This document shows, one piece after another, positions 38,999-52,470 of a stretch of DNA of 64,000 bases (positions are counted from its first letter, which is position 1; every line of letters begins with the position of its first letter). The stretch comes from Mobula hypostoma. Lineage: Eukaryota. The stretch spans positions 3,968,001-4,032,000 of the forward strand of contig NC_086097.1 of the NCBI RefSeq assembly GCF_963921235.1, given 5' to 3'. Made by a program: the position numbers and the translations under genes. The notes under the pieces were generated by a model. The model searched no databases. It had not been told where the DNA came from and was given only the letters and a program-made list of their open reading frames with translations.

Positions 38999-39689
38999 CT
39001 GTTTCTGCAGCACCAAGAATATCTTGTTTATCTCTAATAGCAGGGGGCAGAACCAAAGCTTGGATCGGAGTGGGATAACTGTAACCAAGAAAACTCAGAG
39101 CCTTAAGTACTGGCTCTGGGACAAACAGATCTTTCCAGGCAGAAACATCACTCTCATGCTCAGATGAACAGGAATATTTTGTCCAGTTTTTCACTCTGTC
39201 GCCCGGCTTGGAGGACTGAGTAACTCCAGTCCCTTTCTTCTTCCTTTTCTTCTTCCTTCGAGCCCCAGATATTTCTGCTTCACCTGCCTCATTTTTATCT
39301 GCATATTCAACTTTATTTATACCTTCAAAAGAATTAATTCCACCCTCTTCCACTTTGGCAGGCACTATGTTCAACCTTTTCTTTTTTCTTTTTACCTTTG
39401 TTTCTTTTATTGAGGCTGGTGAATCATCTCTACTAATTTTCTGTTTCTTTGGTGAAGATTTTAACTCCACTGAATTGTCAAGCGTTCGTTTTCTGGCTTT
39501 CTTCTCAGATGACTTAGTGGCACTAATCAACTCATAATCTGTAAGCTCCTCACAACAGATCAGCCCTTCCATGTCTTCCTCGCCAAAACGAGTTGTGTCT
39601 ATTGACATTGGCTTCCATTCTCCTGTCACTTTTATTTTCTTCCGATGGGCTTTAGGCAAGCTTAAAGACTTCTTTTTTCTTTCTTTCAT
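38999..39689 (-). CDS. DDX24: DEAD-box RNA helicase DDX24, first coding exon (basic N-terminus, Q motif, start of motif I)
   Basis: ORF MKERKKK...WKDLFVPEPVLKALSFLGYSYPTPIQALVLPPAIRDKQDILGAAET(G). Acceptor ttttag lies about 8 nt upstream of the ATG; phase-1 donor G|GTTAG at 38998. Confidence 0.95.
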
Positions 39690-40237
39690 TTTGACCTCTA
39701 AAACAAAAGCAAAAGCATAATTGAAAAGTGTTATGCAACGTGCTAAGTGTATTCACAACCAGAGTGAGCTGACAACATAAAGCAAAAATTTTGTTAAATA
39801 TACCACGTTCTTGTACAATAAATATACATGACATTAAGTGACATTGTATAATGAAATCAGACTAGTTTGAAGTCCATACAAATATTAAAAATCACCACAC
39901 AGGATTGCAAAAAGCTACAGAAAGTTATAAACTCTGCCAGCACCATCATACGAACTATCCTCCGCAGAATCAAGGACACCTCCAAAAGGTGATGCGTCAG
40001 AAAAATGGCATGGACAATTAAGAACCCCATCATCCAGGACATGCCCTCCTCTCATTACTAACACGAAGGTAGACACACTCAACAATTTAGGAATAGTTTC
40101 TTCCCCTCCGCCATCAGATTTCTGAATGGACAATGAACCCAAGAACACTAGCTTTTTTTTCGTTTTTGCTTTCTTTTTGTACTATTTATTTAATTTTTTC
40201 TCTCTATATATTTTCTTATTGTAATTTGTAGTTTCAT

Positions 40238-40497
40238 GGGCCAGCTGGTGGCACAATGACATTAGTGCCGGACCCCAGAACGGAGGTTCCCGGGTTCGAA
40301 CCCAGTCGGAGCCGCTCCTGAGTACGCTTTCCATCCATGCCGGGTTGAGTGTTGAGATCGCAACTCAACCTCGAAAAATAAAGGGAAAAATACTGCGAAA
40401 ATGTCTGTGTGATGACTGGCACGCCACACGGTCTCCCTCTCGCCCCACGCCTTGTAAAGGCATGAAAAAGACATCATGGCGCACTCGCAGAAAAAAA
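40238..40497 (+). mobile_element. tRNA-derived SINE, full length
   Basis: A-box-like TGGCACAATG, B box GGTTCGAACCC, poly(A) tail, 15-bp TSD AATTTGTAGTTTCAT at 40223-40237 and 40498-40512. Confidence 0.88.
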
Positions 40498-40702
40498 AAT
40501 TTGTAGTTTCATTATGTATTGCACTGTACTGCTCACAACATATGCCAGTGACATTAAACCTGATTCTATTTAATATATTGATTTTTTTCTACCTCAACTG
40601 ATTTTGTGAAAGGTATTCGGTGAATTCCCAGCAAGACCGATTCAATTTTCTTCATTATTTTTTACTGTGTCAAATGATGAAAAAGCAAGTAAAAGCGACT
40701 GT

Positions 40703-41303
40703 AAGCCCAGAGGATGGGCAAGGGGTATATTCAGAGGGACAGAGGGAGAAAAAGGAGAGTGAGAGAAAGAATGAGTGTATAAAAATAAATAACGGATGGG
40801 GTACGAGGGGGAGGTGGGGCATTAGCGGAAGTTAGAGAAGTCGATGTTCATGCCATCAGGTTGGAGGCTACCCAGACGGAATATAAGGTGTTGTTCCTCC
40901 AACCTGAGTGTGGCTTCATCTTTACAGTAGAGGAGGCCGTGGATAGACATGTCAGAATGGGAATGGGATGTGGAATTAAAATGTGTGGCCACTGGGAGAT
41001 CCTGCTTTCTCTGGTGGTGGGTTTCCCCCCCTCCCCCTTTTCCTTCTCCCTGGGCCTCCTGTCCCATGATCCTCTCATATCCCTTTTGCCTATCACCTGT
41101 CCAGCTCTTGGCTCCATCCCTCCCCCTCCTGTCTTCTCCTATCATTTTGGATCTCCCCCTTCCCCTCCCACTTTCAAATCTCTTACTAACTCTTCCTTCA
41201 GTTAGTCCTGACGAAGGGTCTTGGCCTGAAACGTCGACTGTACCTCTTCCTAGAGATGCTGCCTGGCCTGCTGCGTTCCACCAGCAACTTTGATGTGTGT
41301 TGT
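40703..41303. mobile_element. Penelope-like element 3' end with inverted 5' segment (GIY-YIG C-terminus on minus, terminal repeat on plus)
   Basis: PVATHFNSTSHS..DM...RLEEQHLIFRLGSLQPDGMNIDF is a typical PLE GIY-YIG tail and is linked to the hammerhead-bearing repeat. Confidence 0.85.
41204..41239 (+). ncRNA. Minimal type I hammerhead ribozyme motif
   Basis: AGTC CTGACGA A GGGT CTTG GCCT GAAA CG TC GACT; predicted cleavage after C41235. Confidence 0.78.
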
Positions 41304-42123
41304 TGTCCATTATTAAAGTCCTCCAGCACCTAGGGCATGCCCTTTTTTCACTGTTACCATCAGGTAGGAGGTACAGAAGCCTGAAAGCACACACTCAGTG
41401 ATTCAAGAACAGCTTCTTCCCCTCTGCCATCTGATCCCTAAATGGGACATTGAAGCTTTGGACACCACCTCACTTTTTAAAAATATACGGTATTTCTGTT
41501 TTTGCATGTTTTTTTTAATCTGCTCAATATATGTAATTGATTTATTTGTTTATTTATTATGTTTTTTTTTCTTCTAGATTATGTATTGCTGCTAGTTAAC
41601 AAATTTCACGTCACATGCCGGTGATAATAAACCTGATTCTGATCAAGAACCTACCAATCTCTGCTTTAACTTAGCAACAGGACAGAGATTGATACGGTTC
41701 TTGATTGGAATCATAGAAAAGTTCAAAGAACTATAGAAAAGTACAGCAAAGAAACAGATCCTTCAGCCCAGCTAATTAACGCTGAACCATTTTAACTGCC
41801 TACTCCCATCAACCTGCACTCGGACCACAGCCTCCATACCCTCAGAATCAGAATCAGCTTTATTATCACCGGGATGTGATTCCATGTATCTACCCAAACT
41901 TCTCTTGAACATTAAAATCAAGTCCACATTCTCACGAGCCTCTGAGTGAAGGTTTCCCCTCATGTTCCCCTTGAACCTTTGACGCTTCACCCTCTACCCG
42001 TGACCTCCAGTGTTGTTCCACGCAACCTCAGCGGAAAAAGCCTGCTTGCATTTACCCTCTCTATACCCCTCATAATTTTGTATACCTCCATCAAATCTCC
42101 TCTCAATCTACTGGTGAATATCT

Positions 42124-42249
42124 CCAGTCCTGAAGAGGGGTCTCAGCCCAAAACATCAGCTGTTTATTCATTTTTATGGATGGTGCCTGACCTCCAGCAT
42201 TTTGTGAGTGTTGCTCTGGATTTTCAGCATCTGTAGAACCCCTCGTGTT
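42124..42249 (+). mobile_element. Older Penelope terminal-repeat copy with degenerate hammerhead
   Basis: CAGTCCTGAAGAGGGGTCTCAGCCCAAAACATCAGCTG (GAAA mutated) followed by the same tail. Confidence 0.6.
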
Positions 42250-42512
42250 ACTGATGAATAACAGCCGCGTGGTTATACCAGTGTATCACCACATACTATT
42301 GTGTAATTATACGAGTATACTTCCGTCACATTTCTGATGACTACTGCTGGAAATGAAGTCGAAAACCTCAACAGGGTAAAGTGAAACACCGGACAGCCCA
42401 CTGGCTGCTTTCCTCATGGCGATTTCATCAATAATTCCTTTGTAAAAGCATGTGAAGCACAAAGCTCAGTCCACTGCCAAGCACCGTATGTACCCAGCAC
42501 CGTATGTACACA

Positions 42513-42595
42513 GCTTCTTCTTATAACGTTAAATGGCAGTTGGCTGCCCAACATAAAGTGCATTATTGCCACCTACCGAGTTGGAGTATGGAGCA
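42513..42595 (-). mobile_element. Short Nimb/I-clade 3' end
   Basis: Reverse complement ATACTCCAACTCGGTAGGTGGCAATAATGCAC...AGAAGAAG is homologous to 7455-7535. Confidence 0.6.
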
Positions 42596-42654
42596 AAGAG
42601 ACAGGAAGAGAGGGACCCCAGGTGGTGGGGTGGAGGTAAGAGGGAGGGACAGTG

Positions 42655-43310
42655 TCCTTGGTGTCCACATTTCCAATGAGCTCACTTGGTCCCTGAACTC
42701 CTCCATCCTGATCAAAAAGGCGCAACAGCACCTTTATTTCCTGCGGAGCATGAAGAAAGCTCACCTCTGTCCCAGGATACTGACGGACTCTTACCGCTGT
42801 ACCATTGAGAGCATGCTCACCAACTGCATCTCAGTGTGGTATGGCAATTGTCCCGTATCAGACTGCAAAACACTCCAGCGTGTGGTGAAAACTGCCCAGC
42901 GAATTATTGGCACCCAATTGCCCACCATTGAGAACATCTACCATAAACGCTGCCTGGGCAGGGCGAAAAGCATTATCAAGGATACATCTCACCCTAACCA
43001 TGGACTTTTTACTCTCCTCCCATCCAGTAGGCGCTACAGGAGACTCCGCTCCCGCACCAGCAGGCACAGGAAGAGCTTCTTCCCTGAGGCTGTGACACTG
43101 CTGAACCTCACATCACAGCGCTAAGCAGTATTGCACCCAGATTGTACTGTCTCAGTACTTTTATACTTGTGTGCTGTAGCACTTCTTTTATTCACAGTTA
43201 TTTTGAAAATAACACTATTCTTTGCATTTCTGGTCAGATGCTAAATGCATTTCATTGGCTTCGTATCTGTACTCGGCACAATGACAATAAAGTTGAATCT
43301 AATCTAATCT
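42655..43310 (+). mobile_element. Rex1/L2-type LINE 3' fragment
   Basis: LGVHISNELTW..KKAQQHLYFLR..WYGN..LQRVV; AATAAA and (AATCT)n tail. Confidence 0.75.
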
Positions 43311-43859
43311 TTGGTGGGGTGGGTCCCTGGTCAGGCAGAAGGGGGGAGTGCCTGTGTGGGCAGGTGAGTGTACCTACTAAATTACACCACACCAAAAATA
43401 TTCAACCAATATCAAAAAGTCTAATGCTTTTCAGAAAGTCAATACGCACTTATATACATTGCGGTGGCACAGATAGCCTAAAAAAATGCTCCCTCTCCTA
43501 ACAAGCTTGTTAAACTGTGCTAAAGATCTCAATTTAGTAATTAGATGTTTCCTTTGCATCCTCATAGGAACTGCACTCAAACAATATGTGCTGTACCCTT
43601 TACTGACAAGTGCATTCCCTACAAATGACTGTTATTACGTATATTAATTTTGAACAAGGAATTATTCAACCTAGTATGTCCAATGCATAAACATGTGGGT
43701 GTAACTTCTTTCCCCATTTATCCCCATCTCCAAGTTCAGTTCCCACTATCCTCAGAATTTTATATAAATGTTGTCCTTTTCAGTATCCCAACTTCATCGC
43801 CGCAGTGCCGTTTCACCACCCCTTTATGCAAAGGCACCACTTCATTGATGTAGTCCAGA

Positions 43860-44347
43860 CATCCCACCTCTCCTGGAAGTTCCGGGAGTCTCCTGCATAT
43901 TAACAGTGGCTCCCTGATGCCCGCAAATTATATACAAAATCACAGAAATCAATTTTTTTGAGAGCAAGCGAGAGAAAGCAAGAGAGAGCACAAGAGCGAC
44001 CACGAGAGAGAGAGAGAGAGAGCACAAGAGAGCATATGTCACCCCAGACTACACTAAAGTGTAGCCCTGCCGAATAGGGGTCAAAATAATGACAGTCTTG
44101 CTCGCTGCACTGTTTGCAACAGTGACTTTTCTATTGCCCATGGTGGGTTAAGACTGTAAAAGACATATTGAGGTGAGTTTAACAGGTGTCATTCGTTCAT
44201 TAGCATAGCTAACGTTATTTAAACTAGCTGGTTAGCTGCTAAGGTGCTACTCTATTGCAGACATCCCACCTCTCCCGGAAGTTCTGGGAGCCTTCCACAA
44301 ATTGATGGTGCTACCACCCTGCAATGAGTTTTTGCAGGGTGGGATGG
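43860..44347. mobile_element. MITE-like non-autonomous element
   Basis: Termini CATCCCACC / GGTGGGATG; an approximately 30-bp sub-terminal motif repeated at 43857 and 44258. Confidence 0.45.
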
Positions 44348-44639
44348 CCAATAGTCACAGAAAACTACAACACAGAAACGGGCCTTTCGGCCCATCTAGA
44401 CCATGCCGAACGTTTATACTACCTACACCAGGACCGTAGCCCTACCACCCATATAACTATTCAAACTTTAATTCTAAAGATTTTATCTTTCACTTTAAGT
44501 GACTGTTTGGCTAAAATGTCTGTCATCTCGCTTCCATCAACTCCGACATGGGCAGGGATCCATAAGAAATGTATACAGCAGCCTAGACCCCCACAGTCTT
44601 GTCCAATCTGGGGCCTTCAACTCGAAATACGTGTTTCAA

Positions 44640-44900
44640 TAGATGTGCAAACCGACAACAGGCGCGAAGCACGGTCCGCCGCCGGGACCCGTCTCTGGCG
44701 CTGCCAGTTGCACTGATCCAGCTGGCCCACCGACCCGGCCATTACCTTACCCGAGAAACGTGGTCCGGTCACCCGGCGAACACGCCGCACTCCGACTCCA
44801 GCGCCGCACCGCCGCGCGTCACTCCGCAGTGACCAATAGCAGACCCCGATACTCCGCGGTGTGGGGGGAAGATGGGCCGCCCCGCCGGGCAAGAACGGGG
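44640..44900 (-). promoter_or_regulatory. CpG island, probable DDX24 promoter and non-coding first exon
   Basis: CpG-dense patch about 5 kb upstream of the ATG exon. Minus-strand donor G|GTAAGG at 44750 (alternative AAG|GTAAT at 44745), CCAAT at about 44833, GC box CCCCGCC at about 44880. Confidence 0.65.
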
Positions 44901-47900
44901 AAGATGATAGGAGCGCTTAAGATAAACAAAAAAACTGATGTGGTTGTAGAAGACATTTTAAGGGGCAATTCGAGAGTACAGGTCTGTATCATGATGTGTC
45001 TGAAAGACTCAGGTTTACTAGGGAATGCAATTCTTTTCCCTTCTCCTGTTTATGCCAACCGCCATAAAACAACACAAGAAGAAGAACGGGGAAGTCTCGA
45101 CTCTCATTGAATCAGGGTTAAGTATTATTAGACAGCAGTCCCTTTACTACATCTCAGAAGCAGGCTTAATATGTTGTCAAATTTGTTGTCTTTGCGGTAG
45201 CAGTACAATAAAATACATAATCGAAAAACATGAAATATAGTTTGATTAACATATATCATATGCAATTTAACTGTTATCTATCTATATAGAGAGAGATAGA
45301 GAACAGTTAAATAAGAAATATAAAAATTCTAGTGTTCATTGTCCATTAAGAAATCTGATGGCAGAGGGGAAGAAGCTGCTTCTGAATCTTTGAGTGTGTG
45401 TCTTCGGGCTTCTGTACCTCCTCCCTGATGGTAGGAATGAGAAGAGGGAGATGGAGATCCTTAATGATGGACGCCACCTTTTTTAAGGAGGCATTGCTCC
45501 TTGCAAGCCAGTGCCCATGATGGAGCTGTCTGAGTTCACAACTTTCTTCAGCTTCTTTTGATCCTGTGCATTCCCCCCACCTCAAAGAAACAGATGGTGA
45601 TGCAGCTAATTGGAAAGCTCTCCACAGTACATCTGTAGAAATTTGAGAGTGAATCAGAATCAGGTTTATTATCACTGGCTTGTGTCATGAAATTTGTTAA
45701 CTTAGCAACAGCAGTTCAATGCAATACATGATCTAGAAAAAGAAGAAAATAATAAATAAGTAAATCAATTAATACATATATTGAATAGATTCATAATCGT
45801 GCAAAACCCAGAAATAATATATATTAAAAAAGTGAGGTAGTGTTCACGGGTTCAATGTCCATTTAGGAATCGGATGGCAGAGGGGAAGAAGCTGTTCCTG
45901 AATCGCTGAGTGTGTGCCTTCAGGCTTCTGTACCTCCTACCTGATGGTAACAGTGAGAAAAGGGAGGTCCTTAATAATGGACACTACCTTTCTGTAAGAC
46001 TTTGTTGACATACCAAATCTCCTCAAACTCCGAAAGAAATCTAGCCGCTGTCATGCCTTCTCTGTAGCTGCATTGATAGGTTCGGCCCTGGACAGATCCT
46101 CAGAGATATTGACACCCAAGAATTTGAAATTGCTTAGTCTCTCCACTTCTGATCCCGCAATAAGGACTGCTGTGAGTTCCCTCGCCCTACCCTTTCTGAA
46201 GTCCTCAATCAGTTCATTGGTCTTACTGATGTTGAATGCAAGGTTGTTGCTGCGACACCACTCCACTAGCTGGTTTATCTCGGTTTTTTCATTATTACGC
46301 TTTTTTTTATCTTACTTTTTTTTTGCTGCTTAAAATCCAGAGTAACAATCATTTTGTTCTGTTTTACACTTGTACTAGACATGGCATTAAGCAATCTTGA
46401 ACCTTGAATCTCTCTGCCCTGTTCATGTAAATGGGCCTCCATGTGCCATTTAACTGATTTTGTTCTTGACTCCTCTGACAGCTCATTTCAGATATCAACT
46501 ACTTTTTCTGTGAAAATTTTACCTCTCAGATCCCTTTTAAACCTCCTTCCTCTCTCCTCAAGCCCTAGTTTCAGACTCCCCTCAGAGGATAGATGGCCAC
46601 AATATTTTTCCTGTCTGTTCTTCTCATTATTTTATTGATGTGGGTTTATTATTGCCACAAATATCAGGATACGGCGAAAAACTTGACTTGCATACTGCTC
46701 ATACAGATCAAATCATTACACAGTGCATTGAGCAGAACAGAGTAAAACAATAACAATGCAGAATATAGTGTAAAAGCTATAGAGAAAATACAGAGAAGGT
46801 CTATGGGGGGGGGTCAATAGTCCATCTTGTTGTACAAGAGGTCCATTTCCCATTGTTAACCACTTCAAACTACATTGTCTGTATGAAAAGTGCTCAATAA
46901 ATAAGTTATTATTATTAACATCCAAGAGTTCTCCTGTTAGGTCAGTAGATCAGCTCCTGGAGAACGGAAGATTGCCAGATCTGTAAGACTTAAAGGAACA
47001 ATATTAGTAATTCTTCGAGACAAGTACAGAGTTGACTGACTCCAGAAGTAATAAGTGGATCTGCAGGAATCAGCTTGCAACAAATGCCATCTTTCTGAGT
47101 TACACACCTAGATCATGTCACCTCTTGGTCACAGGGAAAACAGATGCAGTCTACTCAATCACACTCTCCATCAAGGCCACGTATTTGCGAATCTTTGCTG
47201 CACCCCTCCTGCTTAATCATATCTCTCCTGCTGCATGATGCCCAGAGCTGCACACATATCCTACTCTTCCTGATGATGAATGGCATGAGATCGCCAATTC
47301 AATGGATAAGAGTCAGATCATATTTGTTTAGCCTTGCTTTGAACTAACATCTTTTTTTCTTTTATTTACACGTTATTTATTTTTGTGTTTATACTTCATC
47401 CATTGTAAGTGGGACTTCATCCCATCGTAAGTTCAATGTTGTCTGTGTGGAAAGTGCTCGATAAATAAGTTTCCTCTGTTCAAGCTGTAAAACCTGAGGT
47501 ACAGCAATAGCCAAGCACACTCATTTCTCAATTGCTACAAACTTTCAGACTAATTTAGTGGTGTTTCGTATTGTTGCTTTCTGTAGATTTGCATAAATAT
47601 TACTGTGTAGGCCCAATTGTTTAATGCTATTGAGCAGTGACTTTGGGATGATACCAGTGGTAGATATTACTATTGGGACAATGTATACCCTGTTCATGTT
47701 CCATACTCTATCAATTTCCCAACTCTATCATGGGCACTAGCCTCCAAGATATCATTTTTACCATCAGGAAGGAGGTACAGAAGCCTGAAGGCACACACTC
47801 AGTGATTCAGGAACAGCTTCTTCCCCTCTGCCATCAGATTTCTGTACGGACAATGAACGTATGAACACTACCTCACTACATTTATTATTTCTGTTTTTGC

Positions 47901-48064
47901 ACTACTTATTTAATTTACATATTACACATTATGGTTATTATGGGTTGTCCTATTTGTAATAATGGATCAGTCATATTATTATTAAAATTATTGCACAGGT
48001 GGGGGTGAAGATATAGCTGGATTGTATATTTAAATATGCAAGGTGAAAATGAGACAGCATACTG

Positions 48065-48895
48065 TAAACTCAGTTGAAATACAATGTTGGAAAATGCATG
48101 GCCATGCACTTGGTAGTAGAAATAAATGTGCAGACTATTTTCTAAACGGGCAGAAAATCCAGGAATCTGAGATACAGAGGGACTTGGGAGTGCATTTGCA
48201 GAACACCCTGAAGGTTAACTTGCAGATTGAGTTGGTTGTGTGGAAGGCAAATGCCATGTTAGCATTCATTTCAAGAGGTCTGGAATACAAGAGCAGGGAT
48301 GTGATGCTGAGGCTTTATAAGGCATTGGTGAGGCCTCACCTTGACTATTGTGAACAGTTTTGGGCCCCTCATCTTAGAAAAGATGTGCTGGCATTGGAGA
48401 GGGTCCAGAGGAGGTTCACAAGGATGATTCTAGGAATGAAAGGGTTATCATATGAGGAACGTTTGATGGCTCTGGCTCTGTACTCGCTGGAATTCAGAAG
48501 GATGAGGGGGGATCTCATTGAAACCTTTCGAATGTTGAAAGGCCTAGACAGAACAGATGTGGAAAGGATGCTTCCCATTGGTGGAAGAGTCTAGGATAAG
48601 AGAGCACAGCCTCAGGATAGAAGGGCGCCCTTTCGAAACAGAGATGTGGAGAAATTTATTTAGCCAGAGGGTGGTGAATTTGTGGAATTTGTTGCCATGT
48701 GCAGCTGTGGAGGCCAGGTCATTGGATATATTTAAGGTAGAGATTGATAGGTTCTTAATTGGACATGGTATCAAAGGTTACAGGGAAAAGGGCAGGAATT
48801 GGGGTTGAGGAGGAGATAGAAAAAAAGATCAGCCATGATCAGAGCAGACTCGATGGGCCAGATGGCCCAATTCTGCTACTATGTCTTACGGTCTT
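48065..48895 (+). mobile_element. CR1 3' fragment
   Basis: 183-aa ORF with LVRPHLDYCEQFW..LERVQRRFTR. Confidence 0.88.
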
Positions 48896-50589
48896 TAACA
48901 CAGTATCTGAAAGGTGGCACTGATAATCTTGCTCCTGGAAGAAGTATCAGAACAATTTGTCTAACAAAACTCCGGTTTTGAATTTTGTTGAAAAATCATT
49001 ATCAAAGATCTTTATCTGTTTAATCAAAAGTGTTCCAAAAGGTTCCCCCTTATCTATATTCTGCTAGTCATTGTCTATAACCAGATGTAATGTATGGTAC
49101 AGAGAAATATGCAAAGGTTTTAACAAAATTGAAAAATTATTGATAGGAAGAAAATTGGGTTGTTTCACTTTTAATCAGGGACGTTGTGGGGATGTTTGCA
49201 TCAAATCAAGGGGCCTGGATGGAATAAGTAGGAAGGCACGATAGTGGCTATATTTCGTTAGGAATTTGAGGAGACTTGATATGTCACCAAAATCTCTCGC
49301 AAATTTCTACAAATGTTCTGTGGAGACCATTCTAACTGGTTGCAACACTGTCTGCTATGCTCAGGATTGGAAAAAAGATGCAGAAAGTTGCAAGCCCAGC
49401 CAGCTCCATCATGGGCACCGGCCTCCAAGCATTAAGGACACCTTTGAATGGCAGCGTGTCTGAAGGGCAGCATCCATGATTAAGGATCTCCATCACCCAG
49501 GACATGCCCTCTTCTCATTGCTACCATCAAGGAGGAAGTTCAGGAGCCTGAAGACTCACACTCAACATTTTAGGAACAGCTTCTTCCACTCCACCATCAT
49601 ATTTCTGAAAGGACCATGAACCCGTGTACATTACCTCACTATTTTTTATTTTTTCTGCTCGCTTCTTGCACTATATGTACTTAATTTAATGTTATATATT
49701 TCTTATTGTAATTTATAGTTTTTTTATTATGTACTGCTGTCACAAATCAAAAAAATTCTCAACATATGCCAGTGATATTAAACTTGATTCAGATTCTAGT
49801 AATAGATGGGAAAAAAATAAGCTGTTTCATTAGTATTCGAGGATGCTGTGGGGACAGTTGCATCAAATCGAGGGGCCTGGACAGAATAACTAAGAAGGAT
49901 CTTAGCACTAACAAAATATGATATATTGATTTAAGGTCATTGGTCGATGCATTCAAGGAGAGAAGAATTATTTCACCCAGAAGATGGTAGGGATCTTGCA
50001 AACCCTCACCACATTTCAACAGCTGTTGGATTGGAACAGTAATTCCTCTTTGATTATTTCCAAAGACTATGCAAAGTTCCTGAAACTTGACTCCATTGAA
50101 AATTTCAACGGGACTTTGGGAAGGGAGTGTGGGATAAATAAATATATTTATGCATGTATTGTTTTCCATTGGAGCACAACTGTTCATATTGTGGCCACTA
50201 GTACAAATTGGGAATTTGTGGCCAAATAATCCTATTTGCGAGCTTTGTGGGCTTGTTCATGTGGAAACGTGGCTCTAGGACAACATCCCATGCACCATCA
50301 ACCATGACATTCAGGGACTTGGGACTTGGGCATCAAGGAGAAGGTACAGGATGCTGAAGACACACATTCAACATTTCCGGAACAGCTTCTTTCACTGCGC
50401 CATCAAATTTCTGTATGGACATTGAATCCAGGAACACCACCCATTTTCCTCCCTCTCTTTTTTCACTACTTATTTAATTTAATTTATTCTTTTGTATACA
50501 GTACTCATTGTAATTTATAGTTTTTATTATTATGTGTTGGAATGTTCTACTGCTGCTAAACAACATAATTCATGACATTTCACGACAAC

Positions 50590-52470
50590 AGGAGGTGTGA
50601 GAGGCAAGAACATCACTGGCTTCAATCAGCCGAGCTGTAGAGCCTTGGAATGCAGCCGTGAATAGGCTAAACTAATTCTTAAATAGCTTTAACAATTGTC
50701 CTCCTGTTCACAACCCCCTCAGCATACCAGTCCAGACGACAAGGCACGCAGTGCTCCCTCAGCACCAATACATCTCCTCCTCCCTCCTCCCCCATCCAGT
50801 TCAACACGTGAATGAACAATACAGGCTACCGCTGTCTGCATCCCCTCCTTGCCCTGCACCTCCCATCCACACCTCCCACTTACCAACGGCTATCGTCCCA
50901 ATCTTCATCTCCTCAGAACCCGCCTTACCAGTCATCATGGACTCACCTTCTCTACTGAGCAGGTAGAGTCTCTGGGGCAACTCAGACACGGCAAAGCATT
51001 GGGACCAGATGGTGTGAACTCCAGGGTCCTGAAGGAGTGTGCTGAGCAGCTGTGTGGAGTTCTCCAGCACATTGTCACCCTGACTTTCAGACTGGAAAGG
51101 GTCCCGATTGTGTGGAAAGCATCATGTGTAGTTCCAGTACTCAAGAAGGGACAACAGAAAATCTTAAATGACTACCATCCAGTGGCCCTGACCTTACACA
51201 TCATGAAGACCTGGCTCACCTCCGACTCCTGGTCAGATCAGCCCTCGATCCCCTGCAGTTTGCCTACCAGGAGCACATTGGAGTCGATGATGCTGTCATC
51301 TACCTGCTGAACAGAGCCTATTCCCATTTGGATAAGCAGGGTAGCAATATGAGGATCATGTTTTTTGATTTCGCAAGTGCCTTCGATACCGTACAGCCCT
51401 CATTGCTGGGGAAAAGCTCCATTCAATGCAGGTTGGCACTTCCGTTGTATCGTAGATAATGGACTACCTGACTGGCAGACCAGTTTGTGCAGCTTCAGAG
51501 CTGTGTGTCAGACATGACTATAAGCAGCGCTGGGGCCCCACAGCGCACTGTATCGGCTCCCTTCCTGTTTACCCTGTATACCTCAGACTTTAGATACAAC
51601 ATTGGGTCATGTCATCTGCAGAAATTCTCTGATGACTCAGCAATAGTTGGGTGTATAAAGGGAGGACGGGAGGATGAATACAGGGCCCTGGTGGAGGACT
51701 TTGTCAAATGGTGCAAGCTGAGTCATTTGCAGCTCAACATCAGTACGACAAAGGAAATGGTGATGGACTTTAGGAAGACTAAGCCTGCGCTACTCCCTGT
51801 TACTACTGATGGAGAGGATATTGAGGTGGTGAGGACCTACAAGTACCGGGGGGTGCACCTGGATGACAGACTTGAGTGGAGCACCAACACAGAGGCTGTG
51901 TACAAGAAGGGTCAGAGTTGCCCCTACTTCCTGAGGAGACTGAGGTCCTTTGGAGTATGCAGGCCTCTCCTTCACGTTCTCCCAGTCTGTTTTCACCAGT
52001 ACAATCTTCTATGTGGTGGTGTGCTGGGGCAATGGCATCAACATGGGTGATGCCAACAGGCTCAATAAACCGATTAGAAAGGTAGGCTCTGGTTTTGGAG
52101 TCAAATTTGCCACACTGGAGGCTGTGGTAGAACTAAGGACGCTTCAGAAAATCTTGGCAATTCTGGACAATATTTCACACCCTCTGCAGGTCACCTTGTC
52201 TGACAGAGGTGCACGTTTAGTAATAGACTAAGACAACTGCGCTGTTCCAAAGAGCGATATATGAGGTCATTCTTACCCTCAGTCATTAGGCTCTATAATG
52301 AGTCAACCAATAGCTGGGGAAGGAATGAGCCCCTCCTGTTAGACTGTTTGTGGTAACTTATTTTTTTAATCTTTCTACTTCTCTTCTAATATTTATATAT
52401 CCGTGCACTTGCAATGCTACTGTGACACTAATTTCCTTTGAGATCAATAAAGAATCCATCTATCTATCTA
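50590..52470 (+). mobile_element. Rex1/Babar LINE, decayed
   Basis: KALGPDG..LKECAEQL..NDYHPVALT, GAPQRTV..KFSDDSAIVGCI; (ATCT)n tail. Confidence 0.8.

Noticed and set aside
40238..40310. tRNA gene
   Set aside because: No convincing cloverleaf; it continues into a SINE body with poly(A) and TSD.
40822..41394. 190-aa ORF as a novel gene
   Set aside because: Chimera across three repeat segments; only the C-terminal ~60 aa is genuine Penelope coding sequence.
42622..43322. TGGTGGGGTGG as TSD of the LINE fragment at 42655-43310
   Set aside because: The left copy is about 20 bp away from the apparent element start, so it is not confidently a TSD.
44324..45110. Overlapping GC-rich ORFs at the DDX24 promoter
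   Set aside because: Expected stop-codon depletion in a CpG island; no recognisable domains.
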